This document shows positions 1-11,470 of a stretch of 64,000 nt of DNA, one piece after another. Every line of letters starts with the position of its first letter. Position 1 is the first letter of the stretch. Origin of the DNA: Tetramitus jugosus (taxonomy: Eukaryota > Protista > Heterolobosea); contig OW569365.1 in NCBI GenBank assembly GCA_937625935.1, forward strand, positions 372,001 through 436,000, read 5' to 3'. The notes under the pieces are model-generated. The model was not told the origin of the DNA. It saw nothing but the letters and a program-made list of their open reading frames with translations, and ran no database searches. Both the position numbers and the translations under genes were made by a program.

Positions 1-1
1 T

Positions 2-727
2 TTGCCAGACTGGGATAGTGTTCAGTGCGAGATTATGCAGATACAGCGTGAGAGAACATGGAATCATCCAAGCAAGAATCACAAGCAATGGCAAGAAATT
101 TTTGTAACCAACAATGTGAAGCGGATAGTTTTGGACTTTTCTCCGAGTGCGGATCGGAGTAATGAAAGCACTCCCAATAGCTCCCGCGTTGAACTACAGT
201 ATGCCCCTGAGCAGATACCAATCCAATTTCTGACGATTCATGATGAGAGCAGCTACAACAACAAGGAACAACAACAAACAACAGCTAACGATGATAGTGC
301 TCGTGTAAGTGGTGGTAACAACTGTAGTAGTGGTAGTGGAGATGATGCTAGGATATCTCCTTTGCGATTGCGAGATTGTCGTGAAAATAGTGATGACGAT
401 GAGGATGACTCTCATGGTTCTATGCTCATGGAAGCATCCAGAACGAGGAGCAGCAGTAAGACGCATCTTATTTCAGCATCGATTCAAGGTGACGACGACA
501 TGAGTTTCAAATCGTTTTATCATCATGTGGCACCGCAGCGATCACAGTCTTCAACATCATCACAACCACCAGTATCTAGTGGCACGAGTAGCTCTTCGAA
601 ATCGGCTCTCACAGGTCTGAGTAAGCCAATGACCGATGAGAAGAAGAAGGTGTTTCAGTCAATGAGATGCCTCGCTCTGAAACAAATGCATAACAAGCAG
701 AGGGAGCAAAGAGAACGGCAACAATAA
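2..727 (+). CDS. 3' part of a hypothetical protein (5' truncated by the window edge), Ser/Asp/Gln-rich
   Basis: Frame open from the window start to TAA at 725-727; low-complexity composition like other genes here; no recognisable domain. Confidence 0.6.
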   Translation: MPDWDSVQCEIMQIQRERTWNHPSKNHKQWQEIFVTNNVKRIVLDFSPSADRSNESTPNSSRVELQYAPEQIPIQFLTIHDESSYNNKEQQQTTANDDSARVSGGNNCSSGSGDDARISPLRLRDCRENSDDDEDDSHGSMLMEASRTRSSSKTHLISASIQGDDDMSFKSFYHHVAPQRSQSSTSSQPPVSSGTSSSSKSALTGLSKPMTDEKKKVFQSMRCLALKQMHNKQREQRERQQ

Positions 728-826
728 AATGTCCTTGTGTCACGGCAAGACAACTTCTTTTTTCAATTGTATTGATCAGGAGGCAACTTGCGCTAAATCT
801 CACACAGGAGAGTTCTATTTTCTATT

Positions 827-3529
827 TTATATTGGTTTGTAATCATAAGTGTGTTGATGCTGTGGCTGACTGCCACGATTAGTTGGACCAGCGTTTGCAC
901 TGGCGGGAGGTAGTGGACCTCGGAGTCCTTGTCCAAAGGAAGGCAAGCGTGGAGATGGCGTACCATCAGAGCTTGTGGTGTCTGCCGGGCTGATGGTAAC
1001 CCGTGATTGGTATGACTCGACAACAGGAGGTAGCCTTTGATCAAACTGAGAATGGTGGGATGATGGCTGTGAAACAACGTGGTGATGTGGTGGTTGATGA
1101 GAATGATGGTGAGAGTGTTGATTGTCTCTAAGGTGATCCCGGTACGTAATCTCCATCACTGCGTAACCCCTACCAACAAAACCACTTGAAACACTGAGAC
1201 ACTCTGCAATGGCTCCTGTTTCTATATTCTCAAATGCTAAATGAGCAAGAATCTCAATTGTTTGTGCCTCTGGAGAACACCTGACATCGAACACTCGTTT
1301 CTCCAACTGGGAATCAGTCAGTGGAATGTACATTGGATGCATCAGATCCATCCATCGTTTCACCTTCACTCTAAAATCTGCTTTATGATAACCAAACATG
1401 TCTCTGAGAGCCTTATTCCAGAACAAGACACGAGCATCGAGTATAGAATAGACAATGAGACCAATGTCAGTTGAATCCAATATACTCTGAACGTATTGCT
1501 CATCTGTTGCAGCCTGATTTGTCGGCGGTATTCTAGAAGTAGAAGTCGTTGTAGTGCTCACTGTTGGATCACCACGACTTGTCATTGCCTGAGAATGAGG
1601 ATAATAAGAAGATGATGATGTGAGTGAAGCTGAGCTGGACAATAGAGAAGATGCAGGAGGCAACACGAATCGAGACTGTTGTCCCCCTGAATCATAACCA
1701 CTACCACTACCACTGCTATTCGTACGATCATGCATGCCACTACTACCACCACCGCTATGACCATGAGGAGCATGATTATCATTCATTGTCCTAGTTGGAA
1801 TACCACCACACGCACACGGACTACTATGCTTAAAATCAATCAACTTTTCTCTGACAAATGCTTGACATCGCAGTGCCAATCCACGCTTCACCCACACTGG
1901 ATCATATTGCATCGAATTCTGTGTGTCATACTGTTGAAGCACTGGCTCATATCTTTTGGGACACAAACGATCAAACAATGTCCAAAACACGCGACCGTCC
2001 AAGTGAGTAGGTGGATTCCTGGATCGAGACATCCATCTCATCAATACACTACTCTTTAATGCTTCATCAAAGTTGTTATTTCTTCTCTTGTTGTCATCAT
2101 TGTTGTCGTTGCTCGTATCATTTGGATGACTGCTACTGCTGCTGCTGTTGATTGGATATTGCTGTTGTTGTTGATGTTGATGTTGTTGTTGTAAATTGTA
2201 GTTGTGATGAGTGTGGTGTGGATGCTGTTGTTGTTGGCTGTAGTCATGACTCTGTGGTGGTCTCGAAGTGTGATGATCATTGTTGTTCCATGAGGATGAC
2301 GATTGTTGTTGACTGTGCGAATGAGAGTGAGAGTGATCAGAGTAAGTACTAGGTGTTGAACTGTTGCTGCTGTTACTATGAGCAGCGTATCGATGATCAT
2401 TCTGTTGTGATGATAACGGTGGTGGCGGTGGCAATGACATATTGCTGTTATTATTCACGTTGGCGTGAATGGATGATGATGATGATTGTTTGAGAGGAAC
2501 TGAATAATATCCGAGTATGCCTGTTTGTGGTACTTCACGTGTAAACTGATATTGATGATGGTGATGATGATACGGTTGTTGTGAGTGCCCACTACCGCTA
2601 CCACTTCCTGTATTACTGCTATTGTTACCATGATAATTACTACTGTTAGGAGGATAATAGGATGATTGTTGTGGTGGTTGCTGGTGTTGATGATGCTGAT
2701 GATGAACAGGAGGATGAGTCGATGGCACAATCGATGCAGAACGGTGATCGTGCATGCCATTATTGTTTAAATTGGCTCCAAAATTCTGTTGATGATAAGC
2801 AACGTTTGCTGTAGAGGAACTCGGAGTAATTGTCGTTGAGGACATGGGTGGTACTTCTGTTTTGATGTTTGCTGTATATGGTTGATATTGCTGATGTTGC
2901 GGATGAGGTTGTTGTTGCTGTGGTTGTTGTTGTTTGATGCAACTCAAGCCTTCATTGGGATGAATCACGTGATTCTGTTGAACAAACTTTCGTTTTCTGC
3001 CTCGTTTCTTCGAAGGTATATCAAAGCAACTCAATCCAAGCATACTACATCGTTTGCATGGTCTCACATCACTACAACAGGCGTGAGCTTTCCTACAATT
3101 TTCACATGCTTTTCTAGAGATGGCTTTTCGTTTGCGAGAAGCTGATGAGGATGAACCATCTCCATTACCACCATCATCAGAGTTGGAATCATCAACGTTT
3201 GGTGGTGATGTCGATGATGATGATAATGATTGTTGTTGCTGCTGTATCGATGAAGGTGAAAGCTCTTGCTGTTGTTGTTGCTGTGCTGGATAATAATTTA
3301 ATTGTTGTTGCTGTTGTTGTGATTGAGGAGGTGATTGTTGTTGTTGTTGTTGTTGTGGAAGTGATTGAGCATAATTGTGGTGGTGATCACTGGATATGGG
3401 ACCATTGTTGTTGCTAGGATAGTGAGCAGCTTGGGGATGATTGGTATTGTCCTCAACTTTGAGAGCAGGCACCGATATTGGTGGTGATTGCTGTTGTTGT
3501 TGTTGTTGTGATGATGGTTGATGACTCAT
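827..3529 (-). CDS. Zn(II)2Cys6 binuclear-cluster transcription factor with C-terminal PAS-like domain (Ert1/Rds2/AcuK-like architecture)
   Basis: ACENCRKAHACCSDVRPCKRCSMLGLSC six-Cys cluster flanked by basic NLS-like runs; PAS-like segment ILDSTDIGLIVY..VLFWNKALRDMFGY..WMDLMHP; long Q/H/N tracts. Confidence 0.85.
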   Translation of the reverse strand: MSHQPSSQQQQQQQSPPISVPALKVEDNTNHPQAAHYPSNNNGPISSDHHHNYAQSLPQQQQQQQSPPQSQQQQQQLNYYPAQQQQQQELSPSSIQQQQQSLSSSSTSPPNVDDSNSDDGGNGDGSSSSASRKRKAISRKACENCRKAHACCSDVRPCKRCSMLGLSCFDIPSKKRGRKRKFVQQNHVIHPNEGLSCIKQQQPQQQQPHPQHQQYQPYTANIKTEVPPMSSTTITPSSSTANVAYHQQNFGANLNNNGMHDHRSASIVPSTHPPVHHQHHQHQQPPQQSSYYPPNSSNYHGNNSSNTGSGSGSGHSQQPYHHHHHQYQFTREVPQTGILGYYSVPLKQSSSSSIHANVNNNSNMSLPPPPPLSSQQNDHRYAAHSNSSNSSTPSTYSDHSHSHSHSQQQSSSSWNNNDHHTSRPPQSHDYSQQQQHPHHTHHNYNLQQQHQHQQQQQYPINSSSSSSHPNDTSNDNNDDNKRRNNNFDEALKSSVLMRWMSRSRNPPTHLDGRVFWTLFDRLCPKRYEPVLQQYDTQNSMQYDPVWVKRGLALRCQAFVREKLIDFKHSSPCACGGIPTRTMNDNHAPHGHSGGGSSGMHDRTNSSGSGSGYDSGGQQSRFVLPPASSLLSSSASLTSSSSYYPHSQAMTSRGDPTVSTTTTSTSRIPPTNQAATDEQYVQSILDSTDIGLIVYSILDARVLFWNKALRDMFGYHKADFRVKVKRWMDLMHPMYIPLTDSQLEKRVFDVRCSPEAQTIEILAHLAFENIETGAIAECLSVSSGFVGRGYAVMEITYRDHLRDNQHSHHHSHQPPHHHVVSQPSSHHSQFDQRLPPVVESYQSRVTISPADTTSSDGTPSPRLPSFGQGLRGPLPPASANAGPTNRGSQPQHQHTYDYKPI

Positions 3530-4228
3530 TTAAATTAGTGATTCTGATTTGTGTTGTTATTGTTGCTTTTGTTGTTACTGGGAGAAATTCGAAAGAAGAA
3601 AGAGTTCACTGATTTCGATCGGTGGTGGGTTACGTTTCGCTTCTGTTGTGATGATTGTTGTGGAGGTTGTGATTGATATCACCAGAGTTAAAAAAAGGTA
3701 GAGAAGAGCACAACACAGGAGGAATTGCAAGTTGAGAGCTTGTGTCAGTGGAAAGTATCGAGAGGGTTTTTTTTTCTTTCAGCAAACGGTTCCTGGGAGG
3801 TTTAGGAGGAAGCGAAAAGTCGAGGAACAGCCACCTCTAAAAATTCCTCGGATGAGTTATTGCGGAAAGTGCGCACTCTCTAGATATACCATTCTTGTGT
3901 TTTTTCCGGAGTAACTTAAGGACCAACTACATAAGAGGACAAAGTACGGGGAATTAAATGATCAAAAGAGATATTGCACGACGATGTTGAGTGGCAGGTG
4001 AGGGCACTAGAAGCTGGAAGTGAGGGGTGAATCAGAAAAGAAAAACAATCGAAGAATTCTGGATAGGGCACTTCTTGAACATTTGGAGTTTTTGAGCGCA
4101 AAATCTCCTGCAATTTGCCTGGGACAAATTTTTTGTCCCAATCAACCGGAGTCTTGATGTTCTCCTGACGGCAGCTCCATCTCCATCGAAAGAATTGTTT
4201 CTCCGTTGTATCAGATGCGTTCATTAGT

Positions 4229-4861
4229 TTATTGCGGACGTACGAGTGTGTGGATATTTTTTGATACATTGTGAATGTCTTTGGTCTTGAATCCTAGCGT
4301 GACATGGAAGTCTTTGCGTGGCATACCCACCTTCTCCAAGAATTGATTGGCACTTTGCCAGTCAATGACCCTAAAGAATGCTTCTTCTGCCCCCTGATTC
4401 ACCTTTCCGATACCCACATCCTTAAAGTCATCTCTCGAAATCAGCTCACTCATCACGTACAGAAATCGAATGCCCTTATTGTCTTGGAATCCCTTTGGCA
4501 ACGTGCCCTTCTCTCTTGCCTCAATCTTGTCTATCGTCTCTGCGAACATCTCATCCACTCGCTCCGCCAATCTCTTGAAATCATTTTTCAACATGATGGT
4601 CATGTGATATTGATTGCCGTCTCGATCTCTCTGATTCTGCTTGTATGACTCTGGGATGAGTGAATCATCTGCTGACGTATAATTGTCCATCAAGTCTCCA
4701 AACAGTCCGACATAACCACCAGTGAAGCACCATTTGTTGTTATCGACCGGTGTGTGTTGATTGTTGCGCAATGGGGCATGCAGGAGGAATTTGGCTCCGC
4801 CACCGCTGCTTCTGGTGTTGTTGCTACTTGATCCCTTTGATTTACCTCCTCTGGATGACAT
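4229..4861 (-). CDS. 2H phosphoesterase family protein (Swiss-Army-Knife RNA-repair 2H-like)
   Basis: Two HxT motifs, RDGNQYHMTIM and KDFHVTLGF, with typical 2H spacing. Confidence 0.7.
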   Translation of the reverse strand: MSSRGGKSKGSSSNNTRSSGGGAKFLLHAPLRNNQHTPVDNNKWCFTGGYVGLFGDLMDNYTSADDSLIPESYKQNQRDRDGNQYHMTIMLKNDFKRLAERVDEMFAETIDKIEAREKGTLPKGFQDNKGIRFLYVMSELISRDDFKDVGIGKVNQGAEEAFFRVIDWQSANQFLEKVGMPRKDFHVTLGFKTKDIHNVSKNIHTLVRPQ

Positions 4862-5124
4862 TTGCTCGTTCTTCTATTTGTTTTTTGCTGTGTGATCCTT
4901 GTTGTGTGGGTTTTGAACCGCTTTTTTGAGAGAAGGTTCGCATGTCCAACGAACTTCTGTTCTTCAAAAGAACTGACCGTAGATGAAAGTTGAAGTTTCT
5001 TTGTGTGGACGGATCATTCAGGTGTCTGTTGTAAAGTACTATTTTGTTCGCTGTTGTTGTATCCTCCAAAAAAAGAATCATACAATGAGCTGTTCATGCG
5101 AGTGATCGGTAACCTTGCTCATCA

Positions 5125-7215
5125 ATGAACAGCAAAAACCATTCACCTAATCTACCTATCACAACAATGGTTGAAGCAAAGAACATCTCGTTATCTCATA
5201 AACTTGAACAGAAGCCACAAAAGAATATTCTTGCCGAAGATTTTCTCAAGGGTACTGTGCCATCCAACAAAGACATTGAAAGCACCATCGATGATGCGAT
5301 TGATTCATTGTCTTCTTCGGTTGACAACCGAATTGCCATCGACCTGAAACATCTCTTGTCGAGCTCCAAAATGTTCATTGAACACAAGAATTCCGAAGAA
5401 CAGTTACAATCTTTCTTTAGGGAGTGTGGCTTACTTACTGGAGAATTGAGTTCCTTTTTGGAGGAGTCTGCCTCGTTAGCACGCCAAGGAAAGTTAATTG
5501 ACAGTTCTGACCAGAGTATGATTGAGAATACAAAGCAGTTAATTGAGAGCTTGAAACAAGTTCTTCTCTACTGGATCGAGTCATCAGAATTTAGACAACT
5601 GTGGACAGAGGACATTGCAGGGTTGGCTCAGAACTTGATTGGAAATATAAAGGAAAAAGGTGCTGACCTAATGGAGTTCGGAGAGGCTACTCAACGTTCA
5701 TTCTTTGTCGAACAAGAAGATGTTAATCTGGTGAAAGAGAGATTGAACACTCTGATGTCAAAGTTGTCCCACAAAAAAGAGTACAGACAGGCCATCCACA
5801 ACATATTCAAGATACTGAACCAGGTCAAGTTTGTCTATGATGCAAACTTTAACCTTATACAAACAGATCACTTGTATCAAGTGTTGGACCAATCCAAGAA
5901 AGTATTCTCATCTTTCTGTGGAAAGGACAACTTCAATTCGTTCATTGATTCCTTCTGGGGATTAATCAACGAACTGAAGACGGACAAGGACCTGTGGGGT
6001 CTATGGAATCGTTTCCAACATTACGTAGAGGAGATACTAGATCATCCAGAGGAGTTGACCAACAAGGAGAGACTATCTTCGTGGGTTGGTGAGTGGTACT
6101 GGATGTGGAACCGAAAGGAGTTCCAATTCAGAGATCAATTCGGCACTTTGACCAAGGAGTTCAACGACATGATCAACGCTGTCAAGAATGATGAAGATTT
6201 GTTCAATTTGAAAAGAGATTTCCATCAATTGATGATGGACATGTTCCGAAATACAGAAGGTAGATTTGATTTGTCTACCATGCAGCATTCTCTTCACCAA
6301 GTCAAAGAGGTTCTCCACTTGATTCTTAAGAGTACACTAACAAATATTCCTCTGCCAAAGATTGAAGGAAGCAACGATACCTACGACTATACAATCGAGA
6401 ACATGACGATTGATGCAAGTGCTATCATGCCACGGCATGTTCACGTCCGAATGGTGAATGACATTGATATTGATTCAGAGAAACCTGGCAACGATTATAT
6501 CAAAGCAAAAGTTGACTTATTATTGGACAACATTTGTATGTCATTCAAGGATATTCACTTCCACTATAAGCGACATATTCTCCCCAAGGTTGAAGACTCT
6601 GGCGTAGCCAATGTTGACATTAGTGGTGAAGGACTGCAAGTGAGGCTGAGATGGAACTTAGTTGTCCGTGAGGATCAGGATATCAACTTTGAATTGTCCA
6701 ACGTTCGATGTAAGATTGATAACTTGAGCGTCAAGATACTGGATTCCCAACATCGAATATTAGATGGCATTATCACAAGCGTATTTGTTGGATATTTGAA
6801 GAGAATGGTGGCCGATGCCCTGGTTGAGAAGATTAAGAGCGGACTTAAGCCCCTGGAAGAACAGTTAAGATCATCCCTGTATACCCTACAATCTGAGGAC
6901 AAAGACATTCCAGTGGATCGACTTCAAGGAAAACCTAAAATTGCCTTTGATCGAAACACTCATGAATATATGGGTTCCAATCCATTAGCCGAACGTGTTC
7001 CTCTATTGGAAAATGAAGACTCCAACCTCTTTGTTGACAAGGAGGCTCGAATAACTACCGAAGAGTATCACAATCCAGATTTTGTCTCTCAAATCGAAGT
7101 TAAGGACAACAAAGGTGCAAGTGGTGCCATTTACTCGGGAGACATCGGTACAAGTATTTGGGACAATGAATCTGAATCACTCTCTGATTGGGACTCTCAT
7201 TGGTGGACTCCATAA
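5125..7215 (+). CDS. HAM1/DUF4449-like protein with C-terminal BPI/TULIP-like fold
   Basis: 696-aa ORF; helical N half, then IPLPKIEGSNDTYDYTIENMTI..MP and a beta-rich region resembling fungal HAM1-like proteins; alternative ATG at 5167. Confidence 0.55.
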   Translation: MNSKNHSPNLPITTMVEAKNISLSHKLEQKPQKNILAEDFLKGTVPSNKDIESTIDDAIDSLSSSVDNRIAIDLKHLLSSSKMFIEHKNSEEQLQSFFRECGLLTGELSSFLEESASLARQGKLIDSSDQSMIENTKQLIESLKQVLLYWIESSEFRQLWTEDIAGLAQNLIGNIKEKGADLMEFGEATQRSFFVEQEDVNLVKERLNTLMSKLSHKKEYRQAIHNIFKILNQVKFVYDANFNLIQTDHLYQVLDQSKKVFSSFCGKDNFNSFIDSFWGLINELKTDKDLWGLWNRFQHYVEEILDHPEELTNKERLSSWVGEWYWMWNRKEFQFRDQFGTLTKEFNDMINAVKNDEDLFNLKRDFHQLMMDMFRNTEGRFDLSTMQHSLHQVKEVLHLILKSTLTNIPLPKIEGSNDTYDYTIENMTIDASAIMPRHVHVRMVNDIDIDSEKPGNDYIKAKVDLLLDNICMSFKDIHFHYKRHILPKVEDSGVANVDISGEGLQVRLRWNLVVREDQDINFELSNVRCKIDNLSVKILDSQHRILDGIITSVFVGYLKRMVADALVEKIKSGLKPLEEQLRSSLYTLQSEDKDIPVDRLQGKPKIAFDRNTHEYMGSNPLAERVPLLENEDSNLFVDKEARITTEEYHNPDFVSQIEVKDNKGASGAIYSGDIGTSIWDNESESLSDWDSHWWTP

Positions 7216-7245
7216 TTACCTCTCCTGTACAAAATACAACATCTA

Positions 7246-8655
7246 TTATTCATCACTCCGCCTATAGAAATCTTCGCAAATAGTCTTATTCCATCTTTCA
7301 TCTGTTCCTGCTATCACTTGATCGTCTTTGTTCGGAGGTATCAACTTGTTCTTCTCAAACACAATCTTGTTCGTGCTGTGGCTAATATTTGTTAAGTCGA
7401 TGCAAGGTTTGGTCGAAATTTCATTATTTTCAACCAGTATTTGCTCTGTTGGTTCATCATGTATCTTGAGTCCACACTCTACGCCATAAATTCTATTTCC
7501 TTGAATCTGACAAGAATTAGTCTTGTTAACCAAAAGCCCAGCGTCGAACAAATTGTTCTGTTTAATATTCACATTAGACATGCAATGTGACACTCTAATA
7601 CCAGGCCTTGTAGTTCTAATTCTGTTCGATTCAATTGTAGATCGTTCTTTCAATGATTCCAAAGATAGTGTGCTATACCAAACAGTATTGTCAATTACAA
7701 GTACATTTGTGCACTCAAATAATCGCAAGTCATTCTTCTGATATCCCTCGCCCTGCAAATTACCAAAAACACAATCCCGCAAATAAACGTGTTTGCACTT
7801 CACTAAATCAAATCGATTGATTTGAGATGAATGTAGCTCAACTCGGTCCACACCTTCGGCAGCGAAATGACCAATCCACTCACTGTTCAACATTGAAAAC
7901 GTGCAATTCGAGCCAACGATTTGACATCTCACCATATCTTTATCCATAATCAACCTCTGTTGAAACTTTCGCTGTCTCTGCTTTTCATACACATTCGAAC
8001 TCATCCAAGACATGTGATTCATCGAGACATGGACATTACCTTGGCCAACTACTACAATGGATAACTTTGGACAACAAATGATTGTTTTTGATTGTTCTTC
8101 ACCGCAAAACTCAATTGAAATTCGTTGATGCTCATTGTGGCAAGGTATCAACAAATGAATTTCATTTTGACACAAATAAACAACATCTCTTCTTTCATTA
8201 TCGCCACTCTTTTCATCTTCCAAACTTGTTTGCTTCGTATTCTCCGTGGTAAAATCAACAACAATTCGAATATTGTCCTTGTTTAGATTGCTATGATGAT
8301 GTAATATATTCGAAAGTTCATTGATCCATTCATCAGTCAAATGATACCTATTGTTACTTTTGTGTGTCGTCGTTGTTGCTCGAATATGATAAACGTCATT
8401 GTTCATGGTTGTTGTACCAGTAGAAAGCAAGGAATCAGAGTTGATTTTCGCTTCATTAATTTGATTGTTCAATAAATGATGAGTTTTACTGCTTGAATAA
8501 AAGAGGGCTTGCTGTTGGGAACGAAAAATGTGGTGATCATTTGTAGCGACATTGGAACTGAAGACTGTGGTGGATCGTGCAGAAAGAGTTGAGCGATAGA
8601 TGGTTGTTTTCAAGTGTTGTTTGAATCTATTTTGCAGAGCTAAAGACTTGATCAT
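7246..8655 (-). CDS. Hypothetical protein with C-terminal right-handed beta-helix repeats and probable mitochondrial presequence
   Basis: First ATG at 8655 gives an R/S/K-rich N-terminus lacking acidic residues; repeated 'I.nN.I' motifs (IESNRI, IKQNNL, IQGNRI, VENNEI). Confidence 0.6.
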   Translation of the reverse strand: MIKSLALQNRFKQHLKTTIYRSTLSARSTTVFSSNVATNDHHIFRSQQQALFYSSSKTHHLLNNQINEAKINSDSLLSTGTTTMNNDVYHIRATTTTHKSNNRYHLTDEWINELSNILHHHSNLNKDNIRIVVDFTTENTKQTSLEDEKSGDNERRDVVYLCQNEIHLLIPCHNEHQRISIEFCGEEQSKTIICCPKLSIVVVGQGNVHVSMNHMSWMSSNVYEKQRQRKFQQRLIMDKDMVRCQIVGSNCTFSMLNSEWIGHFAAEGVDRVELHSSQINRFDLVKCKHVYLRDCVFGNLQGEGYQKNDLRLFECTNVLVIDNTVWYSTLSLESLKERSTIESNRIRTTRPGIRVSHCMSNVNIKQNNLFDAGLLVNKTNSCQIQGNRIYGVECGLKIHDEPTEQILVENNEISTKPCIDLTNISHSTNKIVFEKNKLIPPNKDDQVIAGTDERWNKTICEDFYRRSDE

Positions 8656-8785
8656 GGAATGTTTTTTTATGTGCCTGTTTTCGATGATGTCAATCAAAGA
8701 GCGAATGATTCAAGAGGCGGCTGGAAGTGTTGCCTTTACGTCGTTTCCCCGCAAATCAAACAACTTGCAATCAACTTGAACCACC

Positions 8786-9746
8786 ATGCACAAGAACAGA
8801 ATCGGAAAGGCGGGACTTTTAGAACAGCAAAAACTAAAGGTAAAAATGCAAATGTAAATTGTTCAGTTGATCGAATCATCACTTACATTCCTATTTCATT
8901 CATTCATCATTCTTTTTTGTGTGTGTCCATTATGATGATCAACATCTATAGCAAAGACTCAAGGAGAAGGGTGAAGATGTGTCCAACATGCAAATGTCTC
9001 AAATGCAAGAGAGGCTCAAGTTTTTCAGGGAGAGCTTAGAGGAATATGCAAGAAAGCACAAGAAGGACATCAATAATGATCCGCAATTGCGTCATCAATT
9101 CACCAAGATGTGCACATCGATTGGTGTGGATCCATTGGCTTCTCGGAAGGGATTCTGGGCAGAATTGTTAGGCGTGGGAGATTTCTACTATGAGCTCGCT
9201 GTTCAAATTATTGAAGTGTGCCTCAAGACAAGAAATCAGAATGGTGGTATCATTGAACTCAATGAACTGAGAGAACGCTTAACAAACATGAGAAACAGGT
9301 ACTCAAGGTCTAAAGCTACCCGTGCTGTTGAGATTTCGAACGAAGATGTCAAGAGATCGATAAACAATATGAAGGAGTTGGGCAACGGTTACAAATTGTT
9401 GCTCGTTGGTGGGAGATATTATGTACAGAGTGTGCCATGTGAGCTAACAACAGATCACACTGATGTTTTAGCTGCTGTAAATCGATTAGGTGCCATCGGA
9501 GTGTCTGTTCAGGACTTGGTTCATGAACTGGGCTGGACAAGCAACCGTACACAAGACGCATTGGTATGTTGTTCGAGCTTTCATTATGATTCTACTTTAC
9601 GACATTATGCTAACAATTGTGACAACACTTCAAAACAAAAGACAATGCTACAAAGTGAAGGCATAGCTTGGATCGACACTCAATCCCCAAACAACCAAAC
9701 CTTGTACTGGTTCCCGGGTATGATTGACCAAAGCAAGATGGAATAA
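8786..9746 (+). CDS. SNF8: ESCRT-II subunit SNF8/VPS22, 3 exons (8786-8839, 8952-9563, 9642-9746)
   Basis: MCTSIGVDPLASRKGFWAELLGVGDFYYELAVQIIEVC matches SNF8; GT-AG introns 8840-8951 and 9564-9641 restore colinearity with the family. Confidence 0.92.
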
Positions 9747-10098
9747 GTTCAATTGTATATTATTTATTAGTGTACTACCTCGTACACTTTGTTCAAATGC
9801 GATTCCAGTTTGTCACTTCGCTCCCATTCGTCATTCTCGCCGGAATTGTAGCGCGAAAGGATATTGTCGGAGAAAACTACACGTCTTCTTGAATGTTCAA
9901 TCGATCCGCTGCATCTTCGGAATTGTAACTCTTATTGTAAATTGCAGATCGCGAAAATATTTATTGGTTGTCCGGTTGTAATGAATTTTGAACCCTGAAG
10001 GTTGGTTGAGAGTTTTATTAAATTTTTTTCACATCTCTCAGACTGAAACAACAACAAAACAAAGTCAAAACTAAAACAAACACTAAGAAACCACTACA

Positions 10099-11421
10099 AT
10101 GGGAAAGGATAAGCAACACGTTAATCTCGTCGTCATCGGTCACGTCGATTCCGGAAAGTCAACCACCACTGGTCACTTGATCTACAAGTGCGGTGGTATC
10201 GACAAGAGAGTCATCGAAAAGTTCGAGAAGGAAGCTGCTGAAATGGGTAAGGGATCCTTCAAGTATGCTTGGGTCATGGACAAGTTGAAGGCAGAAAAGG
10301 AAAGAGGTATCACTATTGATATTTCTTTGTGGAAGTTCCAAACTGGCAAGTATGACTTCACCATCATTGATGCCCCAGGTCACAGAGATTTCATCAAGAA
10401 CATGATTACTGGTACCTCCCAAGCTGATGTTGCTATCTTGATCATTGATTCCACCACCGGTGGTTTCGAAGCTGGTATTTCCAAGGACGGACAAACCAGA
10501 GAACACGCCTTGTTGGCTCAAACCCTTGGTGTTAGACAAATGATTGTCTGCTTGAACAAGTTCGACGACAAGACCGTCAACTACGGACAAGGAAGATACG
10601 ACGAAATCGTCAAGGAAGTCGCTTCTTACTTGAAGAAGGTTGGTTACAACCCAGACAAGGTTCCTTTCGTCCCAATTTCCGGATGGACTGGTGACAACAT
10701 GATTGAGAAGGCTACCGACAAGATGCCATGGTACAAGGGCCCATGTCTCCTCGAAGCTTTGGACGCTATTGTCCCACCAAAGAGACCAACCGACAAGCCA
10801 TTGAGATTGCCATTGCAAGATGTCTACAAGATTGGTGGTATCGGAACTGTTCCAGTCGGAAGAGTCGAAACCGGTCTATTGAAGCCAGGTATGAACGTTA
10901 CCTTCGCTCCAGGTAACAAGACCACTGAAGTCAAGTCCGTCGAAATGCATCATGAACAAATGTCCGAGGCTGAGCCTGGTGACAATGTTGGTTTCAACGT
11001 TAAGAACTTGTCCGTCAAGGATATCAAGAGAGGTAACGTCTGCTCTGACTCCAAGAGAGACCCTGCCAAGCAAGCTGAATCCTTCGTTGCTCAAGTCATC
11101 GTCATGAACCATCCTGGTGAGATCGGAAACGGTTATGCTCCAGTTTTGGATTGCCACACTGCTCACATTGCTTGCAAGTTCGCTGAGATCCAATCCAAGA
11201 TCGATAAGAGATCTGGTGCTGTCAAGGAAGAACTTCCAAAGTCCTTGAAGAAGGGTGATGCTGGTATGGTCAAGCTTGTTCCACAAAAGCCAATGTGTGT
11301 TGAATCCTACACTGAATATCCACCTCTTGGTAGATTCGCTGTCAGAGATATGAGACAAACCGTTGCTGTTGGTGTCATCAAGACCGTCGAAAAGAGAGAA
11401 GAAGCTGCAAAGAAGAAGTAA
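10099..11421 (+). CDS. EEF1A: Elongation factor 1-alpha
   Basis: [25 protein letters not shown] motifs; strong codon bias; no opisthokont insertion after PWYKG. Confidence 0.99.
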   Translation: MGKDKQHVNLVVIGHVDSGKSTTTGHLIYKCGGIDKRVIEKFEKEAAEMGKGSFKYAWVMDKLKAEKERGITIDISLWKFQTGKYDFTIIDAPGHRDFIKNMITGTSQADVAILIIDSTTGGFEAGISKDGQTREHALLAQTLGVRQMIVCLNKFDDKTVNYGQGRYDEIVKEVASYLKKVGYNPDKVPFVPISGWTGDNMIEKATDKMPWYKGPCLLEALDAIVPPKRPTDKPLRLPLQDVYKIGGIGTVPVGRVETGLLKPGMNVTFAPGNKTTEVKSVEMHHEQMSEAEPGDNVGFNVKNLSVKDIKRGNVCSDSKRDPAKQAESFVAQVIVMNHPGEIGNGYAPVLDCHTAHIACKFAEIQSKIDKRSGAVKEELPKSLKKGDAGMVKLVPQKPMCVESYTEYPPLGRFAVRDMRQTVAVGVIKTVEKREEAAKKK

Positions 11422-11470
11422 ATTTTTCTTTATTGATTTTTCTGCAAAACCAAACAAACATTCTTGTTTC

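Noticed and set aside
2050-3520. Trinucleotide repeats (CAA, CAT, AAC) as repeat arrays or CRISPR
   Set aside because: They encode poly-Q/H/N tracts in proteins; no repeat-spacer structure anywhere in the window
3732-4269. Short ORFs between the Zn2Cys6 gene and the 2H gene
   Set aside because: No motifs; one overlaps the 2H gene end; probably promoter or UTR sequence
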